This document shows positions 23,957-38,200 of a stretch of DNA of 64,000 nucleotides, one piece after another. This DNA comes from Tubiluchus corallicola (Eukaryota > Animalia > Priapulida): the NCBI GenBank assembly GCA_030141605.1, contig JAQGDQ010000399.1, positions 1 to 64,000 of the forward strand. Direction: 5' to 3'. The notes beneath the pieces were generated by a model, which was not told where the DNA came from, did no database searches, and saw only the letters and a program-made list of their open reading frames with translations. Both the position numbers and the translations under genes were made by a program. Position 1 is the first letter of the stretch. The number at the start of each line of letters is the position of its first letter.

Positions 23957-24780
23957 CTCAGTTGACTTCATTTAAATCACAATAGTTAGTATTTAAAGGC
24001 AGTTGAATATTCATTTAAATCACAGTAGTTAGTACTTAAAGTCAGTTGAATTCATTTAAATCACAGTAGTTAGTATTTAAAGTCAGTTGACTTCATTTAA
24101 ATCGCAATAGTTAGTATTTAAAGTCAGCTAAATTCATTTAAATCACAGTAGTTAGTATTTGAAGTCAGTTGAATTAATTTAAATCACAGTAGTTAGTATT
24201 TAAAGTCAGCTAAATTCATTTAAATCACAGTAGTTAGTATTTAAAGCCAGTTGAACTCATTTAAATCACAGTAGTTAGTATTTGAAGTCAGTTGAATTCA
24301 TTTAAATCACAGTAGTTAGTATTTGAAGTCAGTTGAATTCATTTAAATCACAGTAGTTAGTATTTGAAGTCAGTTGAATTCATTTAAATCACAGTAGTTA
24401 GTATTTAAAGCCAGTTGAACTCATTTAAATCACAGTAGTTAGTATTTGAAGTCAGTTGAATTCATTTAAATCATTGTAGTTAGTATTTGAAGTCAGTTGA
24501 ATTCATTTAAATCACAGTAGTTAGTATTTAAAGCCAGTTGAATTCATTTAAATCACAGTAGTTAGTATTTAAAGCCAGTTGAACTCATTTAAATCACAGT
24601 AGTTAGTATTTGAAGTCAGTTGAATTCATTTAAATCACAGTAGTTAGTATTTGAAGTCAGTTGAATTCATTTAAATCACAGTAGTTAGTATTTAAAGCCA
24701 GTTGAACTCATTTAAATCACAGTAGTTAGTATTTGAAGTCAGTTGAATTCATTTAAATCACTGTAGTTAGTATTTAAAGT
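23957..24780. repeat. 41-bp minisatellite, about 20 copies, in intron 1 of gene C
   Basis: Unit ATTTAAATCACAGTAGTTAGTATTTGAAGTCAGTTGAATTC, head-to-tail with no spacers. Confidence 0.95.
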
Positions 24781-24933
24781 GAGAAAAAAACAAAAATTCG
24801 TTGACTAATTAAATCAAATCATACGAAATAAATAAACAAATTGAAGAAATATTTACATAAATTTTTTTAACATTTTCTCCATTTTTATCGTAAAAAAATC
24901 AAATTAAAATAAACGAATTATAATTATTCTTAC

Positions 24934-25054
24934 CTGTGTTATATCTCAAAGACAACAAGACAGGTACCTGAGGTTCCTGTAGTGTTAAGCAATTGGCAAA
25001 GAAACGCCATTTTCACTCACTTAAATACTTTTCATTTCCGCCCGTGACCCAATA
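24934..25054 (-). promoter_or_regulatory. Gene C core promoter and 61-nt non-coding exon 1 (24934-24994)
   Basis: TATTGGGTCA (25045-25054), TATTTAA (25021-25027), TTTGCC|AATTG, donor CAG|GTAAGA. Confidence 0.72.
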
Positions 25055-25811
25055 AATTAACGCTTCCAGATTGGTTTCGGCTATTGCCCACATCCACCTA
25101 GGAATTCTCTTGTTCAAATAAACCTATACGTGTTTTTAAATCAATGTTGTTTAATCATAAAAACGTTTTCAACGCGCAACCTTCTAATTCAAGCCTCTTG
25201 AGCATGGCGTTCCACGATCAGGGTTTACCAACTGTACACACTTCACAGCTCGTGAACTCTAAAAATGCGCAAATTGACGTTTTAGTAGCAGATAACAACA
25301 ACAAAAAAATGTCTGACAAAAATATTAATGTGCGTGTCCATGAAGTGTTTTCATGATGTTGCCTTGTTTTGCAGTTACCAAAACTAGGTAGTAATTATAC
25401 AAAATTGATATCTCTCATCTTCTTATAATATGGGATTGAATTTAAGCCCACCCAGTAGCTTAATCCTTGGTTTTATATAATCATCATGCTTTCGTTTCAC
25501 TGTTGTACTTGTAAACAGAAGTTCTGAATGTCATGTTGTTCTAAGCCGACTATTTGACTTTCTTCTCTTCACATTATAATCCAAGTTGAAAGCGAAAGGA
25601 TAATCACATACGAGGTGTTAATAGGATGCATTTGCTTTTCTGTTTCGTTTCATGGTTTCCAAATACCTTACTCGAGGTGGACATTTACCTGGGTGTGTAC
25701 CAAAATATTTAGGGGCCAGCAATTCAATACGTGAGTGTTTTTGAGTCACTCGGGTTGGCTCTAGCTGGAGCTATGCTTACTTTCGTTTGAAAGCCAATAT
25801 CCAGCGCTTAA

Positions 25812-26100
25812 AGGAAAGGTCAAGCCTTCTAGGCGGTTAGGCTTATTTCAATGTTCGTAAAAATGTTAGGAGGATTTATTAATAAAACTGCAATAAGCGT
25901 CTCGTGTAATTAGTAAAATCATTTTAAAGTCGCGATCACTTCATGCTCGGGCGCTTCCATTCTTCTTCCAATGACGTCATTCGTCCTGAGGAAAAGTAGC
26001 TCACTGTCAATCTTCATCAAAAGTATAATAAGTTTTTACAAAAGGTAAGCTGCAGTAGTCTGAATTAGTTTAAGCAGCGCGCGCTTACGAAAAGTCACGT
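25812..26100 (+). mobile_element. Truncated MITE copy (family of 27306-27850)
   Basis: TTAA-AGGAAAGGTCAAGCCTTCTAGG... colinear for about 290 bp. Confidence 0.8.
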
Positions 26101-26126
26101 TAAATGAGTTAAATGATAATTGAACT

Positions 26127-26772
26127 TCATGATGCGTGCCCTGCTTACATGATGCGTACCTTGCCTACATAATGTGTACCCTGCTTACATGATGCGTACT
26201 CTGCTTACATGATGCGTACCCTGCTTATATGATGCGTACTCTGCTTACATGATGCGTACCCTGCTTACATGATGTGTACCCTGCTTACATGATGCGTACT
26301 CTGCTTACATGATGTGTACCCTGCTGACATGATGTGTACCCTGCTTACATGATGCGTACCCTGCTTACATGATGCGTACCCTGCTTACATGATGCGTACC
26401 CTGCTTACATGATGTGTACCCTCCCTGCTTACATGATGTGTACCCTGCTTACATGATGCGTACCCTGCTTACATGATCTGTACCCTGCTTACATGGTGCG
26501 TACCTTGCTTACATGATCTGTACCCTGCTTACATGATGCGTACCTTGCTTACATGATCTGTACCCTGCTTACATGATGCGTACCCTGCTTACATGATCTG
26601 TACCCTGCTTACATGATGCGTACCCTGCTTACATGATCTGTACCCTGCTTACATGATGTGTACCCTGCTTACATGATGCGTACCCTGCTTACATGATGTG
26701 TACCCTGCTTACATGATGTGTACCCTGCTTACATGATGTGTACCCTGCTTACATGATGTATACCTTGCTTAC
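26127..26772. repeat. 20-bp minisatellite, about 32 copies
   Basis: Unit ACATGATGCGTACCCTGCTT. Confidence 0.95.
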
Positions 26773-27305
26773 AGATGTAGAAAATGCTTTCATAAAATGA
26801 CAAAATTAGTACTAAAAATGTTAATAGTAGGCGGTCAAATATTCATACAACAGTCATAACTGAAAAATAAATTACCCATTTAGCTGAAGATTTCATTTAG
26901 ACCGGTATTGTTTGAATATCATACCAAATCCGCTGATGTCTAAATAACGAGGTTTATCAGACGAGCAATGAAAGTGGATCTGAGAGATATTATAGCCTTG
27001 AGGGCATTAACGTGTACACACGAGGTAATATGATGTCCTGAAAAGTTTAACTCTTCTCTCGGCCGCGCTATAATCTTCGCAGCAGGTTGTGTTCCGCTCT
27101 GAAAATTCTTTTGCTTTGAGATCGACGCGAAAACGATGAAATATTATAATAAAATAAATGGTATTTTTATTATAACACAGTTGCCTCAACTGTCTATTAC
27201 AAGTTTGATTTGTTTTAAGCTTTCGTTGTAGAAGTTCCAGTTTGTTGTTGCGAGTATCTTTATGTTGGTGTCAGTTTCTTTAATGTGCCACGGTAGCAAA
27301 TTTAA

Positions 27306-27850
27306 AGGAAAGGTCAAGCCTTCTAGGAGGTTAAGCTTATTTCAATGTTCGCGAAAAATGCTACAAGGATTTAATAATAAAACTTCAGTAAACGTCTCGT
27401 GTAACTAGTAAAACCACTTTAAAGTCACGATCACTTCATGTTTTGGTGCTTCCATTTTCAAAACCTATTCGTCTTCCAATGACGTCATTTGTCCCGAACA
27501 AAAGTAGTGCACTGTCAGTCTTCATCATAAGTATAACAAGCTTTTACAGAATAACTAGACAGCTAATTTTGTATACATTAGGTAAGCTGCAGAAGTTTTA
27601 ATTTGTTAACGCAGCTCGCGCTCACGGAAACCCGCGACGCGCTTACGAAAAGTCACGAAGTCTCACAGTTACGTCATGATTTTCAAATGAATGGGGCAAC
27701 CACCACTCCTCAAAAATTTCTATTCACAAATAGTATATTTTACATTTATGCTTTATAGACAGTTCTTTGCAAATTTCTTTGTTATATTTTTCTAAGTTTA
27801 AGTGATAATAGTAAAATAAACCCAAAATACTGAGTGACTTGTTCTTTCCT
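27306..27850 (+). mobile_element. Non-autonomous DNA transposon with TTAA TSD (Kolobok-like termini)
   Basis: TTAA|AGGAAAGGTCAAG ... CTTGTTCTTTCCT|TTAA; 13-bp imperfect TIR; four copies in the window. Confidence 0.8.
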
Positions 27851-27951
27851 TTAACACACCGCAAACCGTTTCAGTGATAACAGTAAAATAAACCCAACAT
27901 ACTGAGTGACTTGCTCTTTCCTTTAGCACACCACAAACAGTTTAAGTGATA

Positions 27952-30148
27952 TAGACATAGACATAGAACATTTATTTTCTCCATTTGTTTGACATGATAA
28001 GCTTTTTTAAATATTACTTAATTATAGTAGTGGAGCAGGGCAGGGAAGGACCATAGGGTCATCTAGTCTCCTGCCCTGTCTTATAATTAAATTAGTATAT
28101 TAAAAGTAAATGGTGAGACTGCGGATAACAAAATCAAATAGGAAAAAAATAATAATAATAAACAGTATATATGAAAACAAAGTATAAATGAAAACAGTAT
28201 AAGTGAAAACAAAAAAATAATAAAGTTAGATGACACCTAAATCTAAACAAAACAATACAATTAATACAAGTAATTATGATTATTATATATATTTTCAAAT
28301 AGGGGCCTTATTGACAGGGGATTTTGACTGTATGGAGAGATAAAATAAGTATCAAAAAAGTGTAATATAGAAAATTTAAGAGAAAAAGTAAGTATAAGAA
28401 AGAGCAACAATTACTTAGGAAATGAGAAAAAAAACACTTGATAGCTTGCTTATTAGTCTTACAAGTTATGTATTACAGGTATATTCATTTAGTAAGAATT
28501 TTGTGTATTTTTTGGAAGCAGAAAATAAGCTACCTCCAAAGGTATCTTTTGGCAACGAGTTCCATAATTTAACTCCTCGTGATTTTAAGCTATTGAAACC
28601 ATGTCGGGTAAAAAATCTCTCCACAAAATACTGTTCATTAGAAGCAGCTCTTGTGGAGTAGGAATGTATATCAGAAACATTAGTGAAATATTCACTAAAA
28701 AGTTCGGGTAATAAACCAGCATTGAATTTATACATAAATTTGAACAACTCAAGATTGTAAATATCTTTTGCTTTTAAAATTTCTAATTTTACGAACGATG
28801 GTGTAGCATGATCATATTTGCGAGCAAAAGTTATTAGTTTTACTATTTTGTTTTGTTGTGTCTGTATTAATTTTTGAATTGATGCAAAAGCCGTACCCCA
28901 TGTTAAGATGGAATATTGTAAATAAGGGAAAACTAACGAATTATATAGAAGTTTCAGAATATATTGGTCAACGTAGTGCCTTACTTTTAAAATTATTCCA
29001 GTAATTCGACTTAATTTGTATGTTATGTGTTTTATATGTGGTTCCCATGTTAATTTATTATCAATGAGTAGGCCCAAGTATTTGATGTTGTCTGTTTCTT
29101 CAATTTTGTGTTTGTTTATTATAATATGAAATTTTGGATTATTAGCATTGTTAATTTGCTTATTGTTGATTATCATAAATTTGGTTTTTTTGTAGTTAAT
29201 TGATAGCTGGTTTGCCCTCATCCACAGGTCTATTTTTTCATTTCGTCATTAACAGATTTTTGCAGATTATTTATATTGGAGTCAGACATGAACAAATTAG
29301 TGTCATCGGCAAATATTCGGGTTCGAAAGTTGCTGCATGTGGGAAGATCGTTAATATAAATTAAGAATAGAAGAGGTCCTAAATTAGAGCCTTGTGGCAC
29401 TCCACACGATATGTGTTTATAGTCTGATGATACATTGTTAATAGATATGAATTGTTTTCTGTTAGTTAGATATGACTGAATTAGTTGCAAAGGTAGACCT
29501 CTGATGCCATAATGGTTTAATTTGGCTATTAGTATACTATGCTGTACGGTATCAAAAGCTTTTGATAAGTCTAAAAATATTCCGCAATTCAGTAATTTTT
29601 TGTCAGTGTCTAGAGAGATCGTGTCTATTAATTCGGATACAGCAAGGGCAGTTGAATAATTTTTTCTGAAACCAAACTGGTATTTACTTAGGATATTACT
29701 TTTCACAACAAACTGGTATAATCTCTTGTAAATTAGCCTCTCAAAAACTTTTGATACTGGTGATAAGAGAGATATTGGTCTGTAATTGCCAGGTTCATGT
29801 GGAGAGCCAGTTTTATATAAAGGAATAACTTTTGCTATTTTTAATATATTTGGAAAAGTTCCAGCATTAACCGATTTATTAAACAGTAATGTGAGTATTG
29901 GTGAAATAATTTGACTTGCAGATTTAAAAAAAGATATTGGTATATTTTGTGGTCCTGGTGATTTGTTTGAATTAAGTGTGTTTAAAAGTGTGCATGTTTC
30001 ATTTTCAGTAATAGGATTAATGAAAAAAGAATTTGGGTTAGGGTTTTTCAAAAAGTCAGTAAAATTAACGTTAGGTTTAGGTATTTTGGCAGCCATGTCA
30101 GGGCCTATATTTACAAAAAACTCATTTAGTTTACTGGCAATATCATAA
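27952..30148 (-). mobile_element. 5'-truncated LINE (CR1/L2-group RT), ORF2 with one frameshift
   Basis: NYRPISLL, QFGFR, FLDLSKAFDTV, GVPQGSNLGPLLF, FADDT, KYLG; ORFs 29230-30096 and 28466-29221 are joined if one A is added to the run at ~29233-29238; (TATGTC)n tail. Confidence 0.93.
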
Positions 30149-30616
30149 TGTGCAAATAATCCATTGATTTTGGTTTAGTGTTTAGGCTATAACAGCCTAT
30201 GATATTTTATTGATGTGTAACTTTATAGTTCTGTTTACTTTGGACCACCAGTAGTTGTGGTAAAATATACAGTGTTACAGTTCACCATAGTGCTTTTGTG
30301 CACACAACTAGTAACGTTAAAGAAGAATTAAAGTTGTAGTAACATAAAATTCATAGCTTTTGAAATTACAATGAATTGAAATTGATGACAGCATTTAGAT
30401 ATGTTATTCTTTGTGTGTTTTTACAATGGCAGTGGCTAGAGGTACGGATCTGTACTCGTCTTTTCTGTAATACTATTTTTGCAACAAATATGGATCCGTG
30501 CTTTTTGTGACATTTACAAAACATACGGGTTTTGACAATTTTTACGACATACGGCGTTTGACCATGTGCCCTGCACATCATTGAAAAGTACATGCCCACT
30601 TCATGTGAGATCACTG

Positions 30617-31749
30617 ACAGAAAACATCAAATACTTGGGCCTACTCATTGATAATAAATTAACATGGGAACCACATATAAAACACATAACATACAAATTA
30701 AGTCGAATTACTGGAATAATTTTAAAAGTAAGGCACTACGTTGACCAATATATTCTGAAACTTCTATATAATTCGTTAGTTTTCCCTTATTTACAATATT
30801 CCATCTTAACATGGGGTACGGCTTTTGCATCAATTCAAAAATTAATACAGACACAACAAAACAAAATAGTAAAACTAATAACTTTTGCTCGCAAATATGA
30901 TCATGCTACACCATCGTTCGTAAAATTAGAAATTTTAAAAGTAAGAGATATTTACAATCTTGAGTTGTTCAAATTTATGTATAAATTCAATGCTGGTTTA
31001 TTACCCGAACTTTTTAGTGAATATTTCACTAATGTTTCTGATATACATTCCTACTCCACAAGAGCTGCTTCTAATGAACAGTATTTTGTGGAGAGATTTT
31101 TTACCCGACATGGTTTCAATAGCTTAAAATCACGAGGAGTTAAATTATGGAACTCGTTGCCAAAAGATACCTTTGGAGGTAGCTTATTTTCTGCTTCCAA
31201 AAAATACACAAAATTCTTACTAAATGAATATACCTGTAATACATAACTTGTAAGACTAATAAGCAAGCTATCAAGTGTTTTTTTCTCATCTCCTAAGTAA
31301 TTGTTGCTCTTTCTTATACTAACTTTTTCTCTTAAATTTTCTATATTACACTTTTTTGATACTTATTTTATCTCTCCATACAGTCAAAATCCCCTGTCAA
31401 TAAGGCCCCTATTTGAAAATATATGTAATAATCATAATTACTTGTATTAATTGTATTGTTTTGTTTAGATTTAGGTGTCATCTAACTTTATTATTTTTTG
31501 TTTTCACTTATACTGTTTTCATTTATACTTTGTTTTCATTTATACTGTTTAATATTATTATTTCTTTCCTATTTGATTTTGTTATCCGCAGTCTCACCAT
31601 TTACTTTTAATATACTAATTTAATTATAAGACAGGGCAGGAGACTAGATGACCCTATGGTCCTTCCCTGCCCTGCTCCACTACTATAATTAAGTAATATT
31701 TAAAAAAACTTGTCATGTCAAACAAATGGAGAAAATAAATGTTCTATGT
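30617..31749 (+). mobile_element. Second, shorter copy of the same LINE in opposite orientation
   Basis: Near-identical reverse complement of 27961-29095; possible TSD ACTGA (30613-30617 / 31750-31754). Confidence 0.93.
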
Positions 31750-32211
31750 ACTGATGCTCTATCGTGAGTATTAGGTTGTAGTATTAGTAGGTGAGGCCCT
31801 ATGAGCTTCGTGACCCTAATCCTGTGCATGTGCGAGCTATTAAATAAATAAAAACAACAATAAAAACCGTGGCTAAATCAAGAAGATTCAGCTGTAAAGC
31901 AGAATCTCAAATATGAATATAATTAGGAGTTTGAGACTTTGAGGACGATTTCCGTTAACACCGAGTTCTGCTGCACGATTGAAACTATTAATTTTGTAAA
32001 ACGAGAGTGCGCTGTGACACGCTGGAAATCGTACTGCTGCACCCAAACAGTACGCTTTGATATTATTATTTTGATTTTACAAAAATTTAATAATCTCAAT
32101 GAAATTTAAAAGTGATGCAGTGAATGGTTTGATGTGTTTATCTTTGTATAGTAAAACATAATTGTGTTCAATTTTAAACTTTTTTGTTTCAGTGTCTAAA
32201 CTTTTATTAAA

Positions 32212-35200
32212 ATGCCAAGAAAGAAGCAAAAAAAACGTGGAGGAAGATCTAGTGGTAAACTCAATTTTGAATTAAATTCTGACATAGTGGCATTGAGATT
32301 TAATTACAGTACTTGCGGTATTGTAGACCTGTATTGTTTAATTGGGACTTGCACTAATAAAATGAATCAGCTTACAATATTAATAAAATGTTTATGTTGA
32401 GACAGTGTACACAAACATTTATATTCGAAAAACATGTTTGGATGTTGGAAAACACTGCTTATTTCTGCACATTATGGACAAAATATTAGCAGAATATTAT
32501 TTGAATATTTGGGTTTTTTCTTATCTTGGTATCCCAGACTCTGGTGCAGGAAGAAAAGACTTGCCAGAGAGGAAAGAAACAGTGAGTGAAAAACCTGAAA
32601 CTGAGGAAGCCAGCACTTCCGGTGACAAAGGAGATGTGGCAGGTGCATCAACTTCTGTAAAAGAAATAGGTATCTGACACATTTTATGATAATATCATAT
32701 TTGTAGCAATCATGCTATTGTGCTTGTGGTTGTTATACTGTGATTGGCATCGCTAATACAAATGTTGTGAACCTAGCTAATAACTGGCAGCTCTGGAATT
32801 TTTCGAAGTCTTGTCATTTTGCCCATTACTGAAAATTTTTGAATTGTTTACTATCAAACCAGTCCCCATTTGTATTTTGTTTATAATGAACATTTGTTTT
32901 GTTACATTGAATTTGACCATAATGAACATTTTCTAATAAAATGAATTAACTAGTAACGAGCCTTTTCCATTCTGGGCACACTGAATCCTAAACAAGTTTT
33001 TCCTTATGTAGCTTTGTCTAAGAAGTGAGTTATTCAAATGAACTACTCAATTAGCTTTTCATTTTTCTGCTTGATACATAGAACCCTGTTACTCGTAAGT
33101 GAATATAGTCGGCTCCATTTATTAAGCTCACATTAATTTAATCGGTCGCCTAATTGACTGAAAAGGTCTTGTACAGGTCGCTCCTATTTAAATGTTTATA
33201 AAAACTGTTGGCAATTGAGTCGAATAACTCCGCATAATTGATTCAATATTTTTGTTTCGGGTGCTTAAAATAAGCACCTGTGCGTAATCAGAGAGCTTTT
33301 GCTACTTTTAAGTCCCCCTGTACTTTGCTGCTTTTTCACTATACTTTAGTAGTCATGTGCAATCACGTGAAGTACCATTTTTATAAGTAGGTTTGTTTAT
33401 CATGTGCTGTTACACTAATGTAGAGTTTTTGCTTTGGATCTGTTACCCCCTTGTCTGCTGTACATACTAAGCTGATCAGTGATGACTCGAGCTTCTATAC
33501 CAGTAATACCACACCTGTCAGCTCATAGATACAGTTGGTTAATTGGGTCAGAACTTCTATCCCAAAGTGAGTCTGTTAAGCGGCAGCTACTGTATTATGC
33601 TGAATCAGATTCATCCTGTACAAAATAATAATAATTGTTTATGCTGTATTGAAAGAATTATTCTGACAAAGTTTTCTTTGAATAGGAGCACCAGTGCACA
33701 ATTTTTATGAGAGAATGGTACTTTAAGGCTCTCATGGATCATATAGTCTCTGACAGAAGCTAGCCTATCTTGAACTTTTATGTTCAAATTCTTTTCTTTA
33801 TTATGCTCTACTCCAGACTGAATAAGACCTAGTGTACAATTTTACTAACTCTCTTAGATCATTATTATTATTTATTTTTGATCAGCAGAATATGTATTGT
33901 ACGTCAATGTGATCATTACATTAAAAAGTTAGTACATTGACAAATAAAAAACAACTGAATAGTGGTTAGTAAGTCACCGATTTTGGCATAGTTATATGTT
34001 ACAACATTACTAAGATAAGGCTTATGTCAAGACAGTGTACAGAAGCATTTACATTAGAAAAATATCTGTGGATGCTAGAAAAGACTATATTTGGCTGTTT
34101 GTGAACATTACAAATGAAATATTAGTGCAGTAAACGCCGTTTATTAGACTCATGGTTAATAAACTCAGTTGCTTAATTGACTCAAAAACACCTGGAATGA
34201 GCTGCTCCTATTCACATGTATATAAAAACTGTCGGTAATTGACTTAAATAACGCTACATAATTGACTCTATATTTTTACTTCAGACACTTAAAATAACGC
34301 ACTTGTGTGTATCCAAAGAGCTTTTACTGTTTTATGTCATCTTTATGTCGATTTTGTGCACTGTAATATACTTAAAAACTGTCATGTTAGGCACAGCTTT
34401 ATAGCTTTGTTTGTAAGCTACAATGTATTTCTCACTGTAATTTTTATACACTACAAGTTCATATATCTTTTATCTTTATTAACGATACAAGTTTAAAGAT
34501 GATCATTTGCAATTTAGTGAGTGCGTGGAAGCAGCAGTTTATTGTGCCTTGAATAGCTGATGCTATAATGGGGTAGATGAAAAACGCAAATAATTGTATT
34601 TGTACTTTATGAGACGAAAACATTATCTTCCAATAAGTTTGCTTTCATTTCTATGTCAGTATATCAGTATATTTTATGTACCAAGAATTCAAAAATTCCT
34701 TCCTTATAATCCCTTTACATTATTTTAGCAAAGGTTGTGCCATTTTTTGATTTGTCATTTTCAAATCATTTTTAAAGCTCCAGGTGGACGTTCTGCTTTG
34801 TTTACCAAAAAACAAGGAAGTGACATTCCAAAGGGAGGTGGCGATGTACCAGATGCAAAAAGAGACACTGCTATGGCAAGAGCACCAGTTTCTGAACAAA
34901 AGCCAAGTGAGTGATATACAGTGACCTTACATAAAGAATAGCTTAGCCTAATAAAGTCAAAAACTTGGATTTGAATACTGCTCATGCGCAGGAGATTCCT
35001 AGCTTACTGTATCAGTTAATACTTTAAAAGTATATCATCCTTCAAGGGCTGTTTTTGCCTAACAATCAAATGCAGTTTTTTGCCAAATAGTAGACCACAG
35101 AATTTCTATTAGAATACAGCTCCCATACACCTTGCATGAGTCTAGCATTTCTGTCTCTGAACATGTATGGCATTTAAATCTGTAGATAAACATGCCACAT

Positions 35201-38200
35201 TCTACATTTTTTCTGCCAGGGTTTTCTCAACGTGTACTTTCAGAAAATCATTAATGGCTGATGCCTGGGCCAAATTATGACCTTCTGGGGCCCCAGGTTA
35301 ATGAAATTATGGACGGACTACTAGCCTGCACACATCTTCATTCGTTTCTACTCGTGATATATTTTAGCCACATTTGCATAACTTGAAGTAAACTTATTGC
35401 TTATTAAGGTAGAATGGTTATCTTTTGTTTGTCAATAAAAATAAACTTTAAGAAGTACCGCTATTTTACTACTTGTTGCAAACCAAATTAGCACCTATTT
35501 TAACACAGCCATAGTGAAAAAAAGATTTTTTTACCAGATTTTACCAAAGCTTGAGAACTTCCAAGCTTATGAGGCCTTAGGCTGCAGGCTATACTAGCCT
35601 ATAGGATAATACAGCCCTGGCTGACATACACATCATTTCTAAACATTTCATAATTCTTATCTATGTCAACATCAACAACTATCTTTTCTAGAACCTGTCC
35701 AGCCCATGTCAGGTGCTGTGGGAGGTGTTGCCGCACGTTTGCAGGAGATGAGCTTGATTAAACCGCCTCTTCGACCAGATGAAGGTGGAAGAGCCGGTCG
35801 CCCAATAAGCCTGAGAGCAAACCACTTTCCGGTAAAGATGCCTCAGCACGGATTTTGGCATCAGTATGATGTATCCATCGAACCACCTCAGCAGCCACAA
35901 AAGAAGATTCCTAAAAGGCTGTGCAGGTATCCAGTTTTTAATTTTAGCCACTGAGCAAACACATAGATAGAAAAATAAAGTTACTACAAACTTTAGAATT
36001 TAAAAATAAAGACAACTAAAGTAAGGCATAAGCCATGACAAATTTGGAATTGCGGGAGTTAAACGTAACTTTTAACAAATGCATATTTAAGTAATTAACT
36101 AAAATTTATAGTGTTACTGCAGGTAATTAGAAAATGTGTTATGTTACTTTAATAGACAACTGTTTGAGCAGTGTGTGAAAGAAAATCAACATCTTTTCGG
36201 ACAAGTCAAGCCAGTATTTGATGGGATGAAGTTTATGATCGCTTCTAATGTTTTGCCATTCCAAGGAGAAGTATGTTCAATGTCTTTTGCAAATGTATTT
36301 CTAGTTTTAAATGCATAGAAACCAAGGTGTTATATGCTAACCGTTCACATTATTAAAGCAATAAAGCGTTTTGCTGTGATTAAGGTGTGTTGATGCCTTA
36401 ACCACACCCAGCACCTGGTGCCCCAGCTCTCTCCTTTACCCCGCGTCACCACATACATGTTTCACAACTTACAGCATACGATTATGTGATACAAATCAGG
36501 GATGAACCGGATATAGTTTTGCCGGATCTGGATCTGCATGAGCCAGATCCGGTTCCGGTTTCAGATCTACAAATTAATGTAAATGATAATTTCATTTGTT
36601 TAGCCTTTTGTTCTTGCGGTTACACCGCCTGTCCATTTTCAGCATCACCGGGTGATTTTAAGTGGAAACAGTGGCAAACGTTGATGTATTATAAATTTAA
36701 ATACTTGATCTAACCTTGGTTTAAACTAGAAAACTGCCAAACTACGTTTTTACTGGCAGTAGATGGTTCTAAATTTTTAGGAGACATTTTAACAGCAATA
36801 ACGCTATCCTTGGATGCTCCTTGATGCATGAAATCATAGCATGAAGATTACTGTTATCGCTTACGCTACAAGCATGGCAGTATAAAAACTAAGCGGTACT
36901 TTCTTAAATTTCTGAAAATTTGAATAGAAATTTTCCAAATTTTTTGAAAAGATTAAAAACTATTCAGGTTATTAAACTGTTGTATATTGTATATTTTGTT
37001 CTTAAACACTCTAATTTTTTCCCAGTTGATGCACAAATGGTAGTTTTGCACACAGAAAAACAGATATACGATCAGTGCAAAATGCGACGAATGTTTTTTT
37101 GTCGAATCCGGATACATTAAAATTACTGGATCTCAGGATCTGGAACCCGATCTGGCACATCCCTAATACAAATTGCGTGTTATTATATATAAAACAAACT
37201 CCATTGTTCTATGTAGGATTTTTCCTATTTAAATTTGTCATTGGCGTCAAAATAAAATATTAATTAAGTAAATCAGCTTCAAAAAAGAAGGTATGATGCC
37301 TGCCAATAGCAAAATATAGTGATTTACAGCACCAGAGGCCACTAGTTATTGGAGTTATTTAACTAAGGTTAAGAGTTAAGAATAAAATCACAAAATTTAA
37401 TTATCATATCACTACCCTTCTTAAGCTAAAATATCTCTGTATTTTCAGTTTTTCAAGTAACTGCTAATGCGTTTAAGGAAGTTGCATCAAATCTTAATAA
37501 TTAAAATTGTCTTTCAAAAAATTATGGTCTTGGCTATCAAAGACTTTAAAAAGGTTTAGAAATGCAGCTACAACAAATTTATTTTCATTTAAATTTGATT
37601 TCCAGTTGCATGTATGATAGCATCAGTAGTAGAGCCCTTTCGTCTAAAACCAAATTAATGTTTACAGACAATATTGTTAGTGTTTTTGTTTAAGTTCAGT
37701 TGTTCTATAGCACTCTCTCCAGAATTTTTCCAACATAATGAATAATGGATATAGGCCGGTAATTATAAATATATATTACACATATATAAACATATATGTA
37801 ATATATATAATCTTTAGTTGTTTAAAGTGGATTAAGAAAACACATGATTCAAGTTTCTCTACAGTGCAGGTGCAAGTGAGTCAGTGCATTATAACATTGA
37901 TAAGATTTTCAAGTAAATAACATTAATTAGGCAAACATATATCAGTTTGGCATAATATATATTATCTGGGCATTAAACAATGCAGTAAATCATCTAAATT
38001 AAACAATACATGAATCTACATCAAAAGAAATGCAAGAATAATAGCAATGTTGTGCTTATTCTTCAGTTAGTAAAGTTACTAAACTCAATATTTATCTTTA
38101 CTTGAACCTTTTGGTTGATTTTATAAAATCTTGAACTATAAACAGTAATAGCCCAATAATTAACAGGGTCAGGTAATGAATCTTTTTTGGGGGACTGGTG

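Noticed and set aside
23957-24780. CRISPR-like array of 41-bp repeats
   Set aside because: Head-to-tail units with no unique spacers, no cas genes, located in a eukaryotic intron.
26127-26772. CRISPR-like 20-bp repeat
   Set aside because: Simple minisatellite without spacers.
29225-29240. Programmed frameshift in the LINE RT
   Set aside because: A single-base loss in an A-run of a 5'-truncated copy; mutation or homopolymer sequencing error is more likely.
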